This document shows, one piece after another, positions 19,641-28,783 of a stretch of 64,000 bases of DNA. Numbering within the stretch: the first letter of the stretch is position 1; the number at the start of each line of letters is the position of its first letter. The translations under genes were made by a program, and so were the position numbers. Origin of the DNA: an uncultured Actinomycetes bacterium. Its GTDB lineage: Bacteria; Actinomycetota; Acidimicrobiia; IMCC26256; DASPTH01. The notes below the pieces were generated by a model. It was given only the letters and a program-made list of their open reading frames with translations. It had not been told where the DNA came from and searched no databases. The stretch is taken from assembly GCA_963809795.1 (NCBI GenBank), contig CAWELN010000009.1, positions 322,994 to 386,993 of the forward strand, in the 5' to 3' direction.

Positions 19641-19985
19641 CTACAGGTAGAGCCCGGTCTGGCCGTCCTCGCGGATCGACGCCACCGCGTGGATGTCGCG
19701 CTCGCGCAGGATCAGGTACTCCTCGCCGCGGATCTCCACCTCGAAGCCGGCATCGGGTGCGAACAGCACCCGGTCACCCTCCTCCAGGTTCCGCACCGTC
19801 GGCCCCACCGCCACCACCTCGGCCCACATGAGCCGGCGGTTGAGGTTGGCGGTGGCGGGGATGAGGATGCCGCCCCGGCTCTTGCGGTCACCGACGTCGT
19901 CGGTCGGCAGCACCAGGAGCCGGTCGGCGGTCATGCGGATCGACTGCTTGGAATCGTCGGTGCGCTCGGTGGCGCGTGGTGCCAT
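19641..19985 (-). CDS. GroES (Cpn10)-like co-chaperonin family protein
   Basis: DRLLVLP...GGILIPATA...AEVVAVGP...EGDRVLF pattern. An alternative start lies at 19934. Confidence 0.7.
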   Translation of the reverse strand: MAPRATERTDDSKQSIRMTADRLLVLPTDDVGDRKSRGGILIPATANLNRRLMWAEVVAVGPTVRNLEEGDRVLFAPDAGFEVEIRGEEYLILRERDIHAVASIREDGQTGLYL

Positions 19986-20063
19986 GACCGGAGGTTATCG
20001 CCGGGCCCGCGCCCCGCCGCCCTCGCGCCGCCACCTGCTTCGTGGGCGCCCAGAGGCCGCGGC

Positions 20064-20069
20064 TAGATT
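20064..20069 (+). promoter_or_regulatory. -10-like TAGATT, 7 nt upstream of GTG 20077 (leaderless-type)
   Basis: TANNNT followed by cggccga and then GTG. Confidence 0.4.
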
Positions 20070-20076
20070 CGGCCGA

Positions 20077-21045
20077 GTGGCCGATCCCTCCGAGGTTGCC
20101 GGGCGCAGCGCGCCCCTCGTGACGCAGGCCCGGACGGAATCGTCGTCCCGCATCGCGGGCCGGACGCGTCGGGCGGGGACCACCGCCCTCGCCTACTTCC
20201 ACCTCACCAAGCCGCGCGTCATCGAGCTGCTGCTCGTCACCACGCTGCCGGCCATGATCCTGGCCGCGGGCGGGATGCCGCCGCTCTCCCTCGTCCTCGA
20301 GGTCCTGATCGGTGGCGCGCTCGCCGCCGGCGGCGCCAACACCATCAACTGCTGGATCGAGCGCGACCGCGACCAGATGATGCGGCGCACCGCGCACCGG
20401 CCGCTCCCCCACGGCGACGTCAACCCCGAGGGCGCGCTGATCTTCGGGCTGGTGCTCGAGGCGCTCGCGTTCGCACTGCTGTGGTCGACGGTCAACCTGC
20501 TCTCGGCGGTGCTCGCGGTGAGCGCCATGTTGTTCTACGTGTTCGTGTACACCATCTGGCTCAAGCCCCGGAGCCCCCAGAACATCGTGATCGGCGGCGC
20601 CGCCGGCGCGGTCCCGGTGCTCGTCGGGTGGGCGGCGGTCACCGGCACGGTGGCGGCCCCGGCGTGGATCCTCTTCGCCATCGTGTTCTTCTGGACGCCC
20701 CCGCACTTCTGGGCGTTGTCGCTGAAGTACTTCGACGACTACAAGGCCGCCGGCATCCCGATGCTGCCGGTGGCGAAGGGCATCCCCACCGCGGTGCGCC
20801 AGATCGTGATCTACGCGTTCGTGGTCGTCGCCGTCACCTTCACCCTTCCCCTCGTCACCGACGAGATCGGCGTCGGCTACGTCGTGACCGCGGCGGTGCT
20901 CGGCGCCCTGTTCATCGCGCAGGCCATTCGCCTGGCGCGCAACACCACGCCGGCGCAGGCCATACGGTTGTTCACCTTCTCGAACACCTACCTTGCGCTC
21001 CTCTTCGCCGCCGTTGCCGTCGACACCCTCCTCCACTCCGTCTGA
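20077..21045 (+). CDS. ctaB: protoheme IX farnesyltransferase (heme O synthase)
   Basis: [14 protein letters not shown]...[19 protein letters not shown]...[10 protein letters not shown]. The GTG start was chosen from the leaderless -10. Confidence 0.9.
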   Translation: MADPSEVAGRSAPLVTQARTESSSRIAGRTRRAGTTALAYFHLTKPRVIELLLVTTLPAMILAAGGMPPLSLVLEVLIGGALAAGGANTINCWIERDRDQMMRRTAHRPLPHGDVNPEGALIFGLVLEALAFALLWSTVNLLSAVLAVSAMLFYVFVYTIWLKPRSPQNIVIGGAAGAVPVLVGWAAVTGTVAAPAWILFAIVFFWTPPHFWALSLKYFDDYKAAGIPMLPVAKGIPTAVRQIVIYAFVVVAVTFTLPLVTDEIGVGYVVTAAVLGALFIAQAIRLARNTTPAQAIRLFTFSNTYLALLFAAVAVDTLLHSV

Positions 21046-21643
21046 CGATCCCGCTGCGGGTCGGTCGCGCCGGGCCCGGTGGATCCTCGCCGGCTTCGCG
21101 GTGGCGCTCGTGCTGGCGGTGGGCGCCATCACGTGGGTCGCGGTGGCCAGCGGCGACGACGACGGCTCGGCCGCCAGCACCGTCGAACAGAGCGACGTCC
21201 GCGCCGGTGGCCCGCGGGCGGGCGACGTCGCGCCCGACTTCACCGCCCAGACCCTCGACGGGAAGACGGTCAGCCTCTCCGACTTTCGCGGCAAGCCGGT
21301 GGTGCTGAACTTCTGGGCCTCGTGGTGCAACCCGTGCCGAAAGGAGTTCCCGCTCTTCCGCCAGCAACTGGCCGCGCACAAGGGTGAGTACGTGATGCTG
21401 GGCGTCGACTACCGCGACATCGCCTCGGATGCCCGCACGTTCGTCAAGGAGCAACGCGCCGTCTGGCGGACGGCCGACGACAGTTCGAACGCGATCGTGA
21501 AGGCGTACGGCATCACGGGCGTGCCGCAGACCTTCTTCATCCGGCCCGACGGCACCATCGCCGTCCGCTTCTACTCCGACATCCCGGACGCCGCCGACTT
21601 CCGCACCGCGCTGGCCAAGATCACCAACCCCTCGTCGACGTGA
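20993..21643 (+). CDS. TlpA/ResA-like membrane-anchored thiol:disulfide oxidoreductase
   Basis: One TM segment ([17 protein letters not shown]) followed by the thioredoxin motif [13 protein letters not shown]. The start is uncertain; the track start is a TTG that overlaps ctaB. Confidence 0.8.
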   Translation: MRSSSPPLPSTPSSTPSDDPAAGRSRRARWILAGFAVALVLAVGAITWVAVASGDDDGSAASTVEQSDVRAGGPRAGDVAPDFTAQTLDGKTVSLSDFRGKPVVLNFWASWCNPCRKEFPLFRQQLAAHKGEYVMLGVDYRDIASDARTFVKEQRAVWRTADDSSNAIVKAYGITGVPQTFFIRPDGTIAVRFYSDIPDAADFRTALAKITNPSST

Positions 21644-21761
21644 GGGCCCGACCGCCGTTCCTCCCCGGGGCGTCACGCCGGTCTCGTCGTGCCGGGTAGG
21701 GCCCGGAGCGCAACCGCTCGATTGCACCGATGGTTGATGCGGCCCGTGCTGCGCAAGCAGC

Positions 21762-22853
21762 ATGGACGGGTCTTCGTGGCGGCGGTCTCCGCGGCTCGTG
21801 TGCTCCGAACGCTGGTACCACCGCGCGCGGAGACGCGCGCCGCTCCAGCAGCCGATCTCGGTGGCGGATCTGGCCACTCGGGCGGGCTGCTCGACCGACC
21901 GGATCGAAGCGGACGGGATCGTCCGGCTCCGGATCCCCGACGGGCTTCCTCACGTCGTCGAGCAGATCTTCGGCGAGGTGCTTCCCGTGAAGCTCCCGCC
22001 CATGGAGGTCGTCACCATCCCGGCAGGGATCGTCTCGGGCGCCGACGGGTGGATCAGCCGCGACGGCAAGTCGGACGGCCAGGTGACGGAGCTCCGGGGA
22101 ACGACGTTGAGCATGCTCGCGCCGCACGCATCCCTCTACTACCACTGGCTCATCGACGTCGCGCCGCGGGCCGCGATGGTCGTCGAGCTCATTCGGCGCG
22201 AGGAGCTCCAACACGTGCTCGTACCGCGACGACTGGAGCGGTTCCACCTCGAGCTGCTCGACGTGCTCGAGATCGATCCCGAGCGCCGCGTGGAGGCATC
22301 GGAGGCCGCCTACCGATGCGAACGGCTGATCTGCACCACCGAGACGAACACGGGAGGCTTCCTTCGAGCGAGTGCGGCGCGCGCCCTCAGACAGGCGTTC
22401 GGGCTCGCGGATGCCGGCACCGGACACGCGCGCCTCTACATCGGCAGGAGCGATGCGCCCGGTCGACGGGTGATCAACGAGGGCGAAGTCGTCGCGATGC
22501 TCGAGCGCTACGGCTTCGAGGCCACGACCATGGCCAACCAATCGATTCGTGAGCAGGCCGTGCGGTTCGCGTCGGCCGAGGTCATCGTGGCGCCGCACGG
22601 AGGTGCATTGGCCAATCTCGTCTTCGCGCCGGAGCGGTCGGCGCTCATCGAGTTGCTGCCGGCGAACTACCTCTCGACCTACTACTTCATGCTGGCTGCG
22701 TCGAGAGGGATCGCGTACGACGCGGTGATGGGCACCGAGCCGCGAGCACTCCGCGCCCTGCGACGGGAGCTCTGGCGCGCCGACCTGATCGTCGATGTCC
22801 CGGCGCTGGAGCGGAAGGTCGCTCGACTGGTCCACCGGCTCCCAGCTCCATAG
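21762..22853 (+). CDS. glycosyltransferase family 61 / DUF563-type protein
   Basis: 363 aa. YYHWLIDVAPR...LYIGRSDAPGRRVINEGEV...HGGALANLVF...LIELLP pattern. GC looks lower than in neighbouring genes. Confidence 0.65.
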   Translation: MDGSSWRRSPRLVCSERWYHRARRRAPLQQPISVADLATRAGCSTDRIEADGIVRLRIPDGLPHVVEQIFGEVLPVKLPPMEVVTIPAGIVSGADGWISRDGKSDGQVTELRGTTLSMLAPHASLYYHWLIDVAPRAAMVVELIRREELQHVLVPRRLERFHLELLDVLEIDPERRVEASEAAYRCERLICTTETNTGGFLRASAARALRQAFGLADAGTGHARLYIGRSDAPGRRVINEGEVVAMLERYGFEATTMANQSIREQAVRFASAEVIVAPHGGALANLVFAPERSALIELLPANYLSTYYFMLAASRGIAYDAVMGTEPRALRALRRELWRADLIVDVPALERKVARLVHRLPAP

Positions 22854-22964
22854 GCGTACGCCTATCGGAGTGCTTCGAAGTTCGTATTAGACATATCGAT
22901 TCCCGGGGTGTCCACTGGAAGGAGAGAGAGCGAGCCGAGCCCTCCTCGCAGCAAGGAGATCGGG

Positions 22965-23246
22965 ATGGAAGTGAGCGAATCGGACACCCTCGACGTGATC
23001 GCCGACCGGATCGAGGCCGTGGTCCCCGACACCCTCACCCGCGAGTTGATCGAGCGCACCGTCCGCCAAGTGTGGGACGAGCTCGAGCAGGACGCGACGT
23101 GCACGACGTTCCTTCCGCTGCTCACGGAACGCATCGCACGAGAGCGATTGCGCACGCGCCCGAGGGACGTCGCCAGGGGACGCTTGCCATCCCACGCTCA
23201 CGCGGCCGTCGAGCTCGACCCGGAACCGCTTCGCCACACGGCGTAG
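22965..23246 (+). CDS. small helical protein (three-helix-bundle dimerisation-type N-terminus)
   Basis: AAGGAG 6 nt upstream of the ATG. TRELIERTVRQVWDELEQDATCTTFLPLLTERIARERL resembles the actinobacterial FVPvLVER.AR..L family. Confidence 0.55.
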   Translation: MEVSESDTLDVIADRIEAVVPDTLTRELIERTVRQVWDELEQDATCTTFLPLLTERIARERLRTRPRDVARGRLPSHAHAAVELDPEPLRHTA

Positions 23247-23275
23247 CCCGTCGCCGATCTGGGCGCACCGGGCCG

Positions 23276-23728
23276 ATGTACGGATCGCTCGATGACGCAA
23301 CTCTTGGTCGTGTACGACGCCGCGATGGAGAGGATTTGCCCGTGGGCGATGACGCGCGGACCGGCGGTTGGCACGCCGACCCGACGGGCCGAATCCAGTA
23401 TCGGTACTGGGATGGGGCTTCATGGACCGACCAGACGTCGTCGAACGGCGAGGTCACGACGGACCCGCTCTTTGCGCCTCCACCTCCCACGTCAGCCGCG
23501 GCCGCGGCTGATCCGCCGATCACCTGGCGTGCGGCACCGCCCGGTGGGCGCGGCCAACGCGCCGACCGCATCGACCACCTCGAACGAATCCTCGAGGCGC
23601 TCGATGACGTCGTTGCTCGGCTCGAGGCGCTCGAGCAGACCGTCGCCAACCGCGCCGCGCTGGACTTGGTGACCGAACTCGCCAAGGCGCGTAGCGCCCG
23701 CTCTCGTGCCGACCCACTCAGGAGTTAG
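23276..23728 (+). CDS. DUF2510-type protein with a coiled-coil C-terminus
   Basis: GGWHADPTGRIQYRYWDGASWTDQT motif, then a Pro-rich linker and a heptad-like tail. GTG at 23342 is an alternative start. Confidence 0.6.
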   Translation: MYGSLDDATLGRVRRRDGEDLPVGDDARTGGWHADPTGRIQYRYWDGASWTDQTSSNGEVTTDPLFAPPPPTSAAAAADPPITWRAAPPGGRGQRADRIDHLERILEALDDVVARLEALEQTVANRAALDLVTELAKARSARSRADPLRS

Positions 23729-24138
23729 GCAGCGAGGACCAATTCATTGTCGCGTTCATTGTCGCGGCCTCCGGGTGGCTGCTTGCGGCCCCAGCGTCCG
23801 GCGAGCCGGGAAGCGAGGAGCACAATGCCCCGCGCACAGAGGAACACGATCAGGCACACGCACGAACCGTAGGCTCCCGCGGCCGGTGACCACAACCCCG
23901 ACTACCTCGGCGTCAAGTCAAGGTCAACGCGGCGATGGTCGGGGTCGACGCGTCAACGACCTGCCCGATCGTGCCGACCCACGTTTCTGTGGTCGTCGCG
24001 CATTGGGGGCACGCAGGTCCGACAACCCGGCCCGCACTCGACTCCGTGAGCGCGCACCGACGCGAGCGTGAGCAACAAGTTCGCGTTGTATTCGCGGCGG
24101 CGAGCTCTTCAACCGCGGCGGACGGCGCGGAACGTTCT

Positions 24139-24870
24139 CTACTCTTCCCAGCGGAACCAGTGGGCGGCGGCGAGGGGTGCCGCGACCGCCCACACCAGGA
24201 GCACGACCAGCTCGCCGGTGGGGAACGCGCGACCCGGGGTGAGCACCGCCCGCACCGTCTCGGACAGCGCGGCCGCCGGGAGTGCCTTGGAGAACGTCTG
24301 CAGTGCGTCGGGGAGCTTGGCCAGCGGGTAGGCCATGCCGCCGAGGAACAGCAGCACGAGGAACAGACCGTTGGCCACCGCGAGGTTGGCCTCGGCTCGC
24401 AGCGTCCCCGCGAGCAGCATGCCGATGCCGGCGAACGCCACCGTGCCCACCAGGAGGAGGAGCACCGCGGCCGGCAGGCCGCCGGTGGGATCCCAGCCCA
24501 GCGCGATGCCGGTGAGGACGATCAGCACCGCCTGGAGCAACTCCAGACCGAGCACGTTGAGGGTCTTGGCGGTGAGGAGCCCGGCGCGCGAGAGGGGCGT
24601 CGAGCCCAGGCGCTTGAGCACGCCGTACCGGCGCTCGTAGCCGGTGGCGATCCCGAGGCTCACCATCGCGCTCGACATGACGGCCAGGGCCAGCACGCCC
24701 GGCACCAGGAAGTCGACCGGGTCCTTGTACGACGTGTTCACCGCGTCGACCGACGAGAAGAACACCAGGATGCCGAGCGGGATCACCAGGGTCACCAGGA
24801 GGCTCTCGCCCCGCCGGATCGTGAGCAGCGCCTCGATGCGGGCCTGCGCCGTGACCGCCTTCGCCTTCAT
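24139..24870 (-). CDS. ABC-2 type transporter permease
   Basis: 243 aa with about 6 hydrophobic segments. It lies 25 nt downstream of the ATPase gene on the same strand. Confidence 0.85.
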   Translation of the reverse strand: MKAKAVTAQARIEALLTIRRGESLLVTLVIPLGILVFFSSVDAVNTSYKDPVDFLVPGVLALAVMSSAMVSLGIATGYERRYGVLKRLGSTPLSRAGLLTAKTLNVLGLELLQAVLIVLTGIALGWDPTGGLPAAVLLLLVGTVAFAGIGMLLAGTLRAEANLAVANGLFLVLLFLGGMAYPLAKLPDALQTFSKALPAAALSETVRAVLTPGRAFPTGELVVLLVWAVAAPLAAAHWFRWEE

Positions 24871-24894
24871 CGGTCGGCCTTCATCGACGCGCCC

Positions 24895-25824
24895 TCACGA
24901 GTGTCCTTCGCCGGTGAGGCGGAGGAACACGTCCTCGAGACTGCGGCGCCCGGCCCGCAGCTCGCTCACGAGGGCGCCCTGCTCGCAGAGCCACGCGGTG
25001 AGCTCGGCGAGCAGCACCGGCGACGCCGCGGTGTCGACCAGGTAGTCGCCCGGGCGCAGCTCCCGCACGGTGCCGGGTTCGAGGCCGAGCCGGCGCGCCA
25101 GTCCGTCGACCGCGAGGCCGGTCACGGTCGAGAAGCTCATCTCGTCGGCCGCGGCGCGCGTCGTGAGCTCCGCGGGCGAGTCGCACGCCACCAGGCGACC
25201 GTGGTCGATGATGCCGACGCGGTCGCACAGGTGCTCGGCCTCGTCCATCGCGTGCGTGGTGAGCACGACGGTCACGCCGCGGTCGCGCAGCTCGCGGATC
25301 ATCGTCCACGTCGTGGCGCGCGCGTGCGGGTCCATGCCCGCGGTCGGCTCGTCGAGGAAGACCAGTGCGGGCTTGCCCACCAGCGCCAACGCCAGCGACA
25401 GGCGCTGCTGCTGGCCGCCCGACATGCGCCGCACCAAGGTGTGCCGGGAGTCGTCGAGCCCGACCACGCGCAGCAGGCGTTCGGGGTCGTCGGGGTCGTC
25501 GTAGTACGAGGCGAAGAGCTGCAGCGCCTCGAGTGGGCGCACCCCCGGATAGAGGCCGCCTTCCTGGAGCATCACGCCGATGCGCGGGCGCAACTGATCA
25601 CCCTCGCGCCACGGATCGACGCCGAGCACGCGGACCTCGCCGCCGTCGGCGCGCCGGTAGCCCTCGAGGATCTCGACGGTGGTGGTCTTGCCCGCGCCGT
25701 TCGGCCCGAGCAGGCCGAAGACCTCGCCGACCGCGATCGAGAGCGTGATCCCGTCGACGGCCGGCGTGGGGCCGTAGCGCTTCTCGAGCGCGGCGACCTC
25801 GATCGCAGGCGCAGGAGAGTTCAC
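24895..25824 (-). CDS. ABC transporter ATP-binding protein
   Basis: Walker A GPNGAGKTT, signature MSGGQQQR and Walker B LVFLDEPT. Confidence 0.9.
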   Translation of the reverse strand: MNSPAPAIEVAALEKRYGPTPAVDGITLSIAVGEVFGLLGPNGAGKTTTVEILEGYRRADGGEVRVLGVDPWREGDQLRPRIGVMLQEGGLYPGVRPLEALQLFASYYDDPDDPERLLRVVGLDDSRHTLVRRMSGGQQQRLSLALALVGKPALVFLDEPTAGMDPHARATTWTMIRELRDRGVTVVLTTHAMDEAEHLCDRVGIIDHGRLVACDSPAELTTRAAADEMSFSTVTGLAVDGLARRLGLEPGTVRELRPGDYLVDTAASPVLLAELTAWLCEQGALVSELRAGRRSLEDVFLRLTGEGHS

Positions 25825-25882
25825 CGTTGCGGGAGCCTAGCGACACCGACGCGAACCGGCGGAGTCGACGGCGGGGCGTCGG

Positions 25883-25888
25883 TAGCAT
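25883..25888 (+). promoter_or_regulatory. -10-like TAGCAT, 7 nt upstream of ATG 25896 (leaderless-type)
   Basis: TANNNT followed by ccgccgg and then ATG. Confidence 0.4.
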
Positions 25889-25895
25889 CCGCCGG

Positions 25896-26291
25896 ATGGC
25901 CGAATTCCTCTCGGCGGCGTGGATCGCCGAGCTCGACGCCGCCGCGCGCGGGGCCGCCGATCTCGTCGTCGACGCCCCGCTCGTGGTCGAGCAGGTGGTC
26001 GACGACGGCGCCGGCGTCACCGTCCGCTACCAGGTGCGGATCGGTCCCGCCGGGGCCTCGGTGTCCGGGGACACCGGCGCGCCGGCCGACGTGGTGCTGG
26101 TCACCGACCGCGCCACGGCCTGGGCCATGCACGGGGGGCGGTTGCGGGCCCAGGATGCGTTCGCGCGGGGCGCGCTGAAGGTGCGCGGTCGGCCCGAGCT
26201 GCTCGCCGGTCGCGCCGAGCTCTTCGCCCGGCTCGACCGTGCCTTCGCCCCGGTGCGCGCCGGGACCACCCTGTCGAACGACGCCCGGTAG
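25896..26291 (+). CDS. SCP2 sterol-binding domain protein
   Basis: 131 aa. MAEFLSAAWIAELDAA...AFARGALKVRGRPELL is a typical SCP2 tail. Confidence 0.7.
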   Translation: MAEFLSAAWIAELDAAARGAADLVVDAPLVVEQVVDDGAGVTVRYQVRIGPAGASVSGDTGAPADVVLVTDRATAWAMHGGRLRAQDAFARGALKVRGRPELLAGRAELFARLDRAFAPVRAGTTLSNDAR

Positions 26292-26294
26292 GTT
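26289..26294 (+). promoter_or_regulatory. -10-like TAGGTT, 7 nt upstream of GTG 26302 (leaderless-type)
   Basis: TANNNT followed by gggcgcg and then GTG. It overlaps the stop of the SCP2 gene. Confidence 0.35.
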
Positions 26295-26301
26295 GGGCGC
26301 G

Positions 26302-27087
26302 GTGCAGCCGTTCGAACGCCTCCGCGCCATCGCCCGCCACGGCGGCGACGACCGGCTCCTCGTCGCCGAGGCGGCCGACTGCCTGGGCGAGTTCGACGAC
26401 GATCCCGCCGCGCTCGTCGTCACCTGCCGGCGTCTGCTCCACCACCACCCCGAGCGCACCGCGCTCTGGTGGCTGTGCGCGCGCGTGCTGGCGGCGCCCG
26501 ATCCGTCGGACGCGGCGTGGGACGCCGAGGCGATGATGCGCGACGACCACACCCCCGACCGCCTCGCCGCGCTCCTCCCCTTCCCCGCCGACCACCCGGT
26601 CGCGGTGCTCGGCTGGCCCGAGCTGACCGGGGCCGCGCTCGAGCTCCGTCCCGACCTCGAGGCGCTGGCCGTGCGCACCAACCACGGCGACGACCGGTGG
26701 CGCAGCCGCCTGGCCCGCAGCGACGCCAGCGCCCGTCCCGTCGACCTGGTCGAGGCGAGCGTCCTGGAGCCGTCGCACCTGCTGGTCGAGGTCGTGGGGG
26801 CGAGCCCCACACAGGTGTTGGTGCCCGACGGCACCGGCGCCGCCCTGGCCGACCTCTCCCGGCCCGGGATGGTGGTCTGGTTGGTGGCCGGCGTGGGCCG
26901 GGTGCTGCCGGCGCGCCTGTTCGAGGCCATGCTCCGCGGCCTCGGTGATCCGGAGGACCGCGATCTCGAGCTGCTCGACGTGCAGGTCGCCGACCGCATC
27001 GCGGGACCGACCGGGCTGGTGCGCCCCGAGCACCTCGACCGGCGGGTCGACGCCCCCGTCGCCCCGGAGCTCCTGCGCTTCAGCTGA
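26302..27087 (+). CDS. hypothetical protein
   Basis: 261-aa ORF with protein-like composition and high GC3. I recognised no motif. Confidence 0.5.
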   Translation: MQPFERLRAIARHGGDDRLLVAEAADCLGEFDDDPAALVVTCRRLLHHHPERTALWWLCARVLAAPDPSDAAWDAEAMMRDDHTPDRLAALLPFPADHPVAVLGWPELTGAALELRPDLEALAVRTNHGDDRWRSRLARSDASARPVDLVEASVLEPSHLLVEVVGASPTQVLVPDGTGAALADLSRPGMVVWLVAGVGRVLPARLFEAMLRGLGDPEDRDLELLDVQVADRIAGPTGLVRPEHLDRRVDAPVAPELLRFS

Positions 27088-27090
27088 CGG

Positions 27091-27543
27091 TCAGGGCATC
27101 AGCTCGGGCGGGTCGTGCCGCGGCGGGCGCGAGGCCTCGTCGACGTCGAGGTATCCCGGCGGACCCGAGCGCTGCACCCGCCACCGCGTTCGGCGGGCGA
27201 AGCGTCGCCCGAGCCCGCGGCGTACCACCGCGCGCACGGGCGGGAGCAGGAGCAGCAGCCCGAACGCGTCGGTGACGAAGCCGGGCACGAGCAGCAGGAG
27301 GCCGGCCAGACCGAGCAGGCCGCCGTCGGTCATGGGACCGGTGGGGACGCGGCCGTCATCGAGCTCGGCCCGCATCCGGGCCAGGGTTCCGACCCCCTGA
27401 CGCTTCACCAGCCACGCTCCGGCCAACGTGATCACCAGCATCAGCAGGAGCGTGTCGAGCACGCCGATCCACTGCACGACCTGCAGGAACACCGCGATCT
27501 CCAGGACCGGCCAGAGGATCAAGAGGAGGACGACGACGAACAC
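27091..27543 (-). CDS. fxsA: FxsA-family membrane protein
   Basis: MFVVVLLLILWPVLEIAVFLQV...LLLVPGFVTDAFGLLLLLPPVR is the characteristic FxsA pattern. Confidence 0.8.
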   Translation of the reverse strand: MFVVVLLLILWPVLEIAVFLQVVQWIGVLDTLLLMLVITLAGAWLVKRQGVGTLARMRAELDDGRVPTGPMTDGGLLGLAGLLLLVPGFVTDAFGLLLLLPPVRAVVRRGLGRRFARRTRWRVQRSGPPGYLDVDEASRPPRHDPPELMP

Positions 27544-27586
27544 GCCTCCAGGCTATGAGCCCGCGACGGTCGAACGAAGCCCGAAG

Positions 27587-28762
27587 TCAGGCCTCCAGCG
27601 CGAGCGGCAGCACGCCGTCGGGCTCCGCGACCTGGTCGCGGCGGACGGCGTCGATCTTCTCCAGCTCCCGCTCGACGCCACGGCGCCGAGTGCCCTCCAA
27701 CTCGTCGAACGCGTTCGCCGCCGTCTTGAGGTTCCGCCCCACCTTGTCCATCTGGTCGACGAAGCGGTCCCACTGCTTCTCGAAGCCCTGGAGCAGCTCG
27801 AGGATCTGGTGCGAGGTGCGGCTCAGCTGGAAGTTGTCGACCGCCTGGCGGATCACGGCCAGCACCGCGAACAGCGTGAGCGGCGAACAGAACACGACCT
27901 TGTCGCGCAGTGCGTCGTCGAGGATCGACCGGTCCTGTTCCTGGATGAACGCGTACACCTGCTCGTTCGGGATGAACAGCAGCACGCAGTCGACGGTGCC
28001 GCCGGCCGGGTCGACGTAGGCGCGACGCGTCACCTCCTTCAGCCGCAGGCGCACGTCCTTGAGGAACTCCTTGCGGTACCGGTCGCGCTCGGTGTCGGTG
28101 GACGCGTCGAGATGGCGCAGGTAGTTGTTGAGCGGGAACTTGACGTCCATGTGGAGCGACAGGCCCTGCGGCAGCAGGAACGTGTAGTCGGGGATGCCGC
28201 CGGAGCCGGGCATGGGCTGGTGACGCCGGTAGTTGACGCCGTCGACGAAGCCGGCGAGACGGAGCACGTCCTCGGCCATGCGCTCGCCCCACTGCCCGCG
28301 TGCGGTCGTGCTCGACAGCGCCTCGCGCAGCGACTGGGTCGTCTCGGCGAGCACCTGGGTCTGGCGCCCCGCCTCGCGCAGCTGGCCGCTCAACGCCCCG
28401 ACGTGCTCGCGACGCTCGCGCTCCACTTCGTGCAGCACGCCGGTGAGGCGGGCCAGCTCGGTCCGCACGTCGGCCACCTGCAGGTCGATGCGCTCCCGGG
28501 TCCCGGCGAGCTCCTGCGCACCGAGCCGGCGCTGCCCGTCGAGCATCTCCTGGTTCATGCGCACCAGCCGGTCGACCGCGCCGGCGAGCACCGCCTGATC
28601 GGCCGACGACCGCGCCGCGACCGCCTCGCGCACCACCGACTCGATCGGCACCGCGGGCGCCGCCGGCCGCCGGCCGGCGCGGGCCAGCGCGACCCCGAGC
28701 ACCACCACGCCGGCGAGGGCCGCGGTGGCGAGGACGGCGAGCAGTGCTTCCATGCCGGCCAC
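27587..28762 (-). CDS. rmuC: DNA recombination protein RmuC
   Basis: N-terminal TM segment, then coiled coil, then the conserved core PDYTFLLPQGLSLHMDVKFPL...LLFIPNEQVY...VVFCSPLTLFAVL. Confidence 0.85.
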   Translation of the reverse strand: MAGMEALLAVLATAALAGVVVLGVALARAGRRPAAPAVPIESVVREAVAARSSADQAVLAGAVDRLVRMNQEMLDGQRRLGAQELAGTRERIDLQVADVRTELARLTGVLHEVERERREHVGALSGQLREAGRQTQVLAETTQSLREALSSTTARGQWGERMAEDVLRLAGFVDGVNYRRHQPMPGSGGIPDYTFLLPQGLSLHMDVKFPLNNYLRHLDASTDTERDRYRKEFLKDVRLRLKEVTRRAYVDPAGGTVDCVLLFIPNEQVYAFIQEQDRSILDDALRDKVVFCSPLTLFAVLAVIRQAVDNFQLSRTSHQILELLQGFEKQWDRFVDQMDKVGRNLKTAANAFDELEGTRRRGVERELEKIDAVRRDQVAEPDGVLPLALEA

Positions 28763-28783
28763 GGTACGGCGGGGGTGTGACAG

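Noticed and set aside
21650-24138. Integrated mobile element or prophage remnant
   Set aside because: I found no integrase, transposase, tRNA target or flanking direct or inverted repeats. Only the compositional drop and the accessory-type genes support foreign origin, so it is reported as an islet rather than a mobile element.
25886-25898. 13-nt palindrome CATCCGcCGGATG overlapping the SCP2 start codon as a regulatory site
   Set aside because: A 6+6 palindrome is expected by chance several times in 64 kb of GC-rich DNA. I mention it only because its arms match the larger inverted-repeat element.
27091-28762. fxsA plus rmuC as a phage-defence pair
   Set aside because: Both look like ordinary single-copy housekeeping genes with typical GC. 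Their neighbours are core genes, and there are no nucleases, ATPases or other defence hallmarks beyond RmuC itself.
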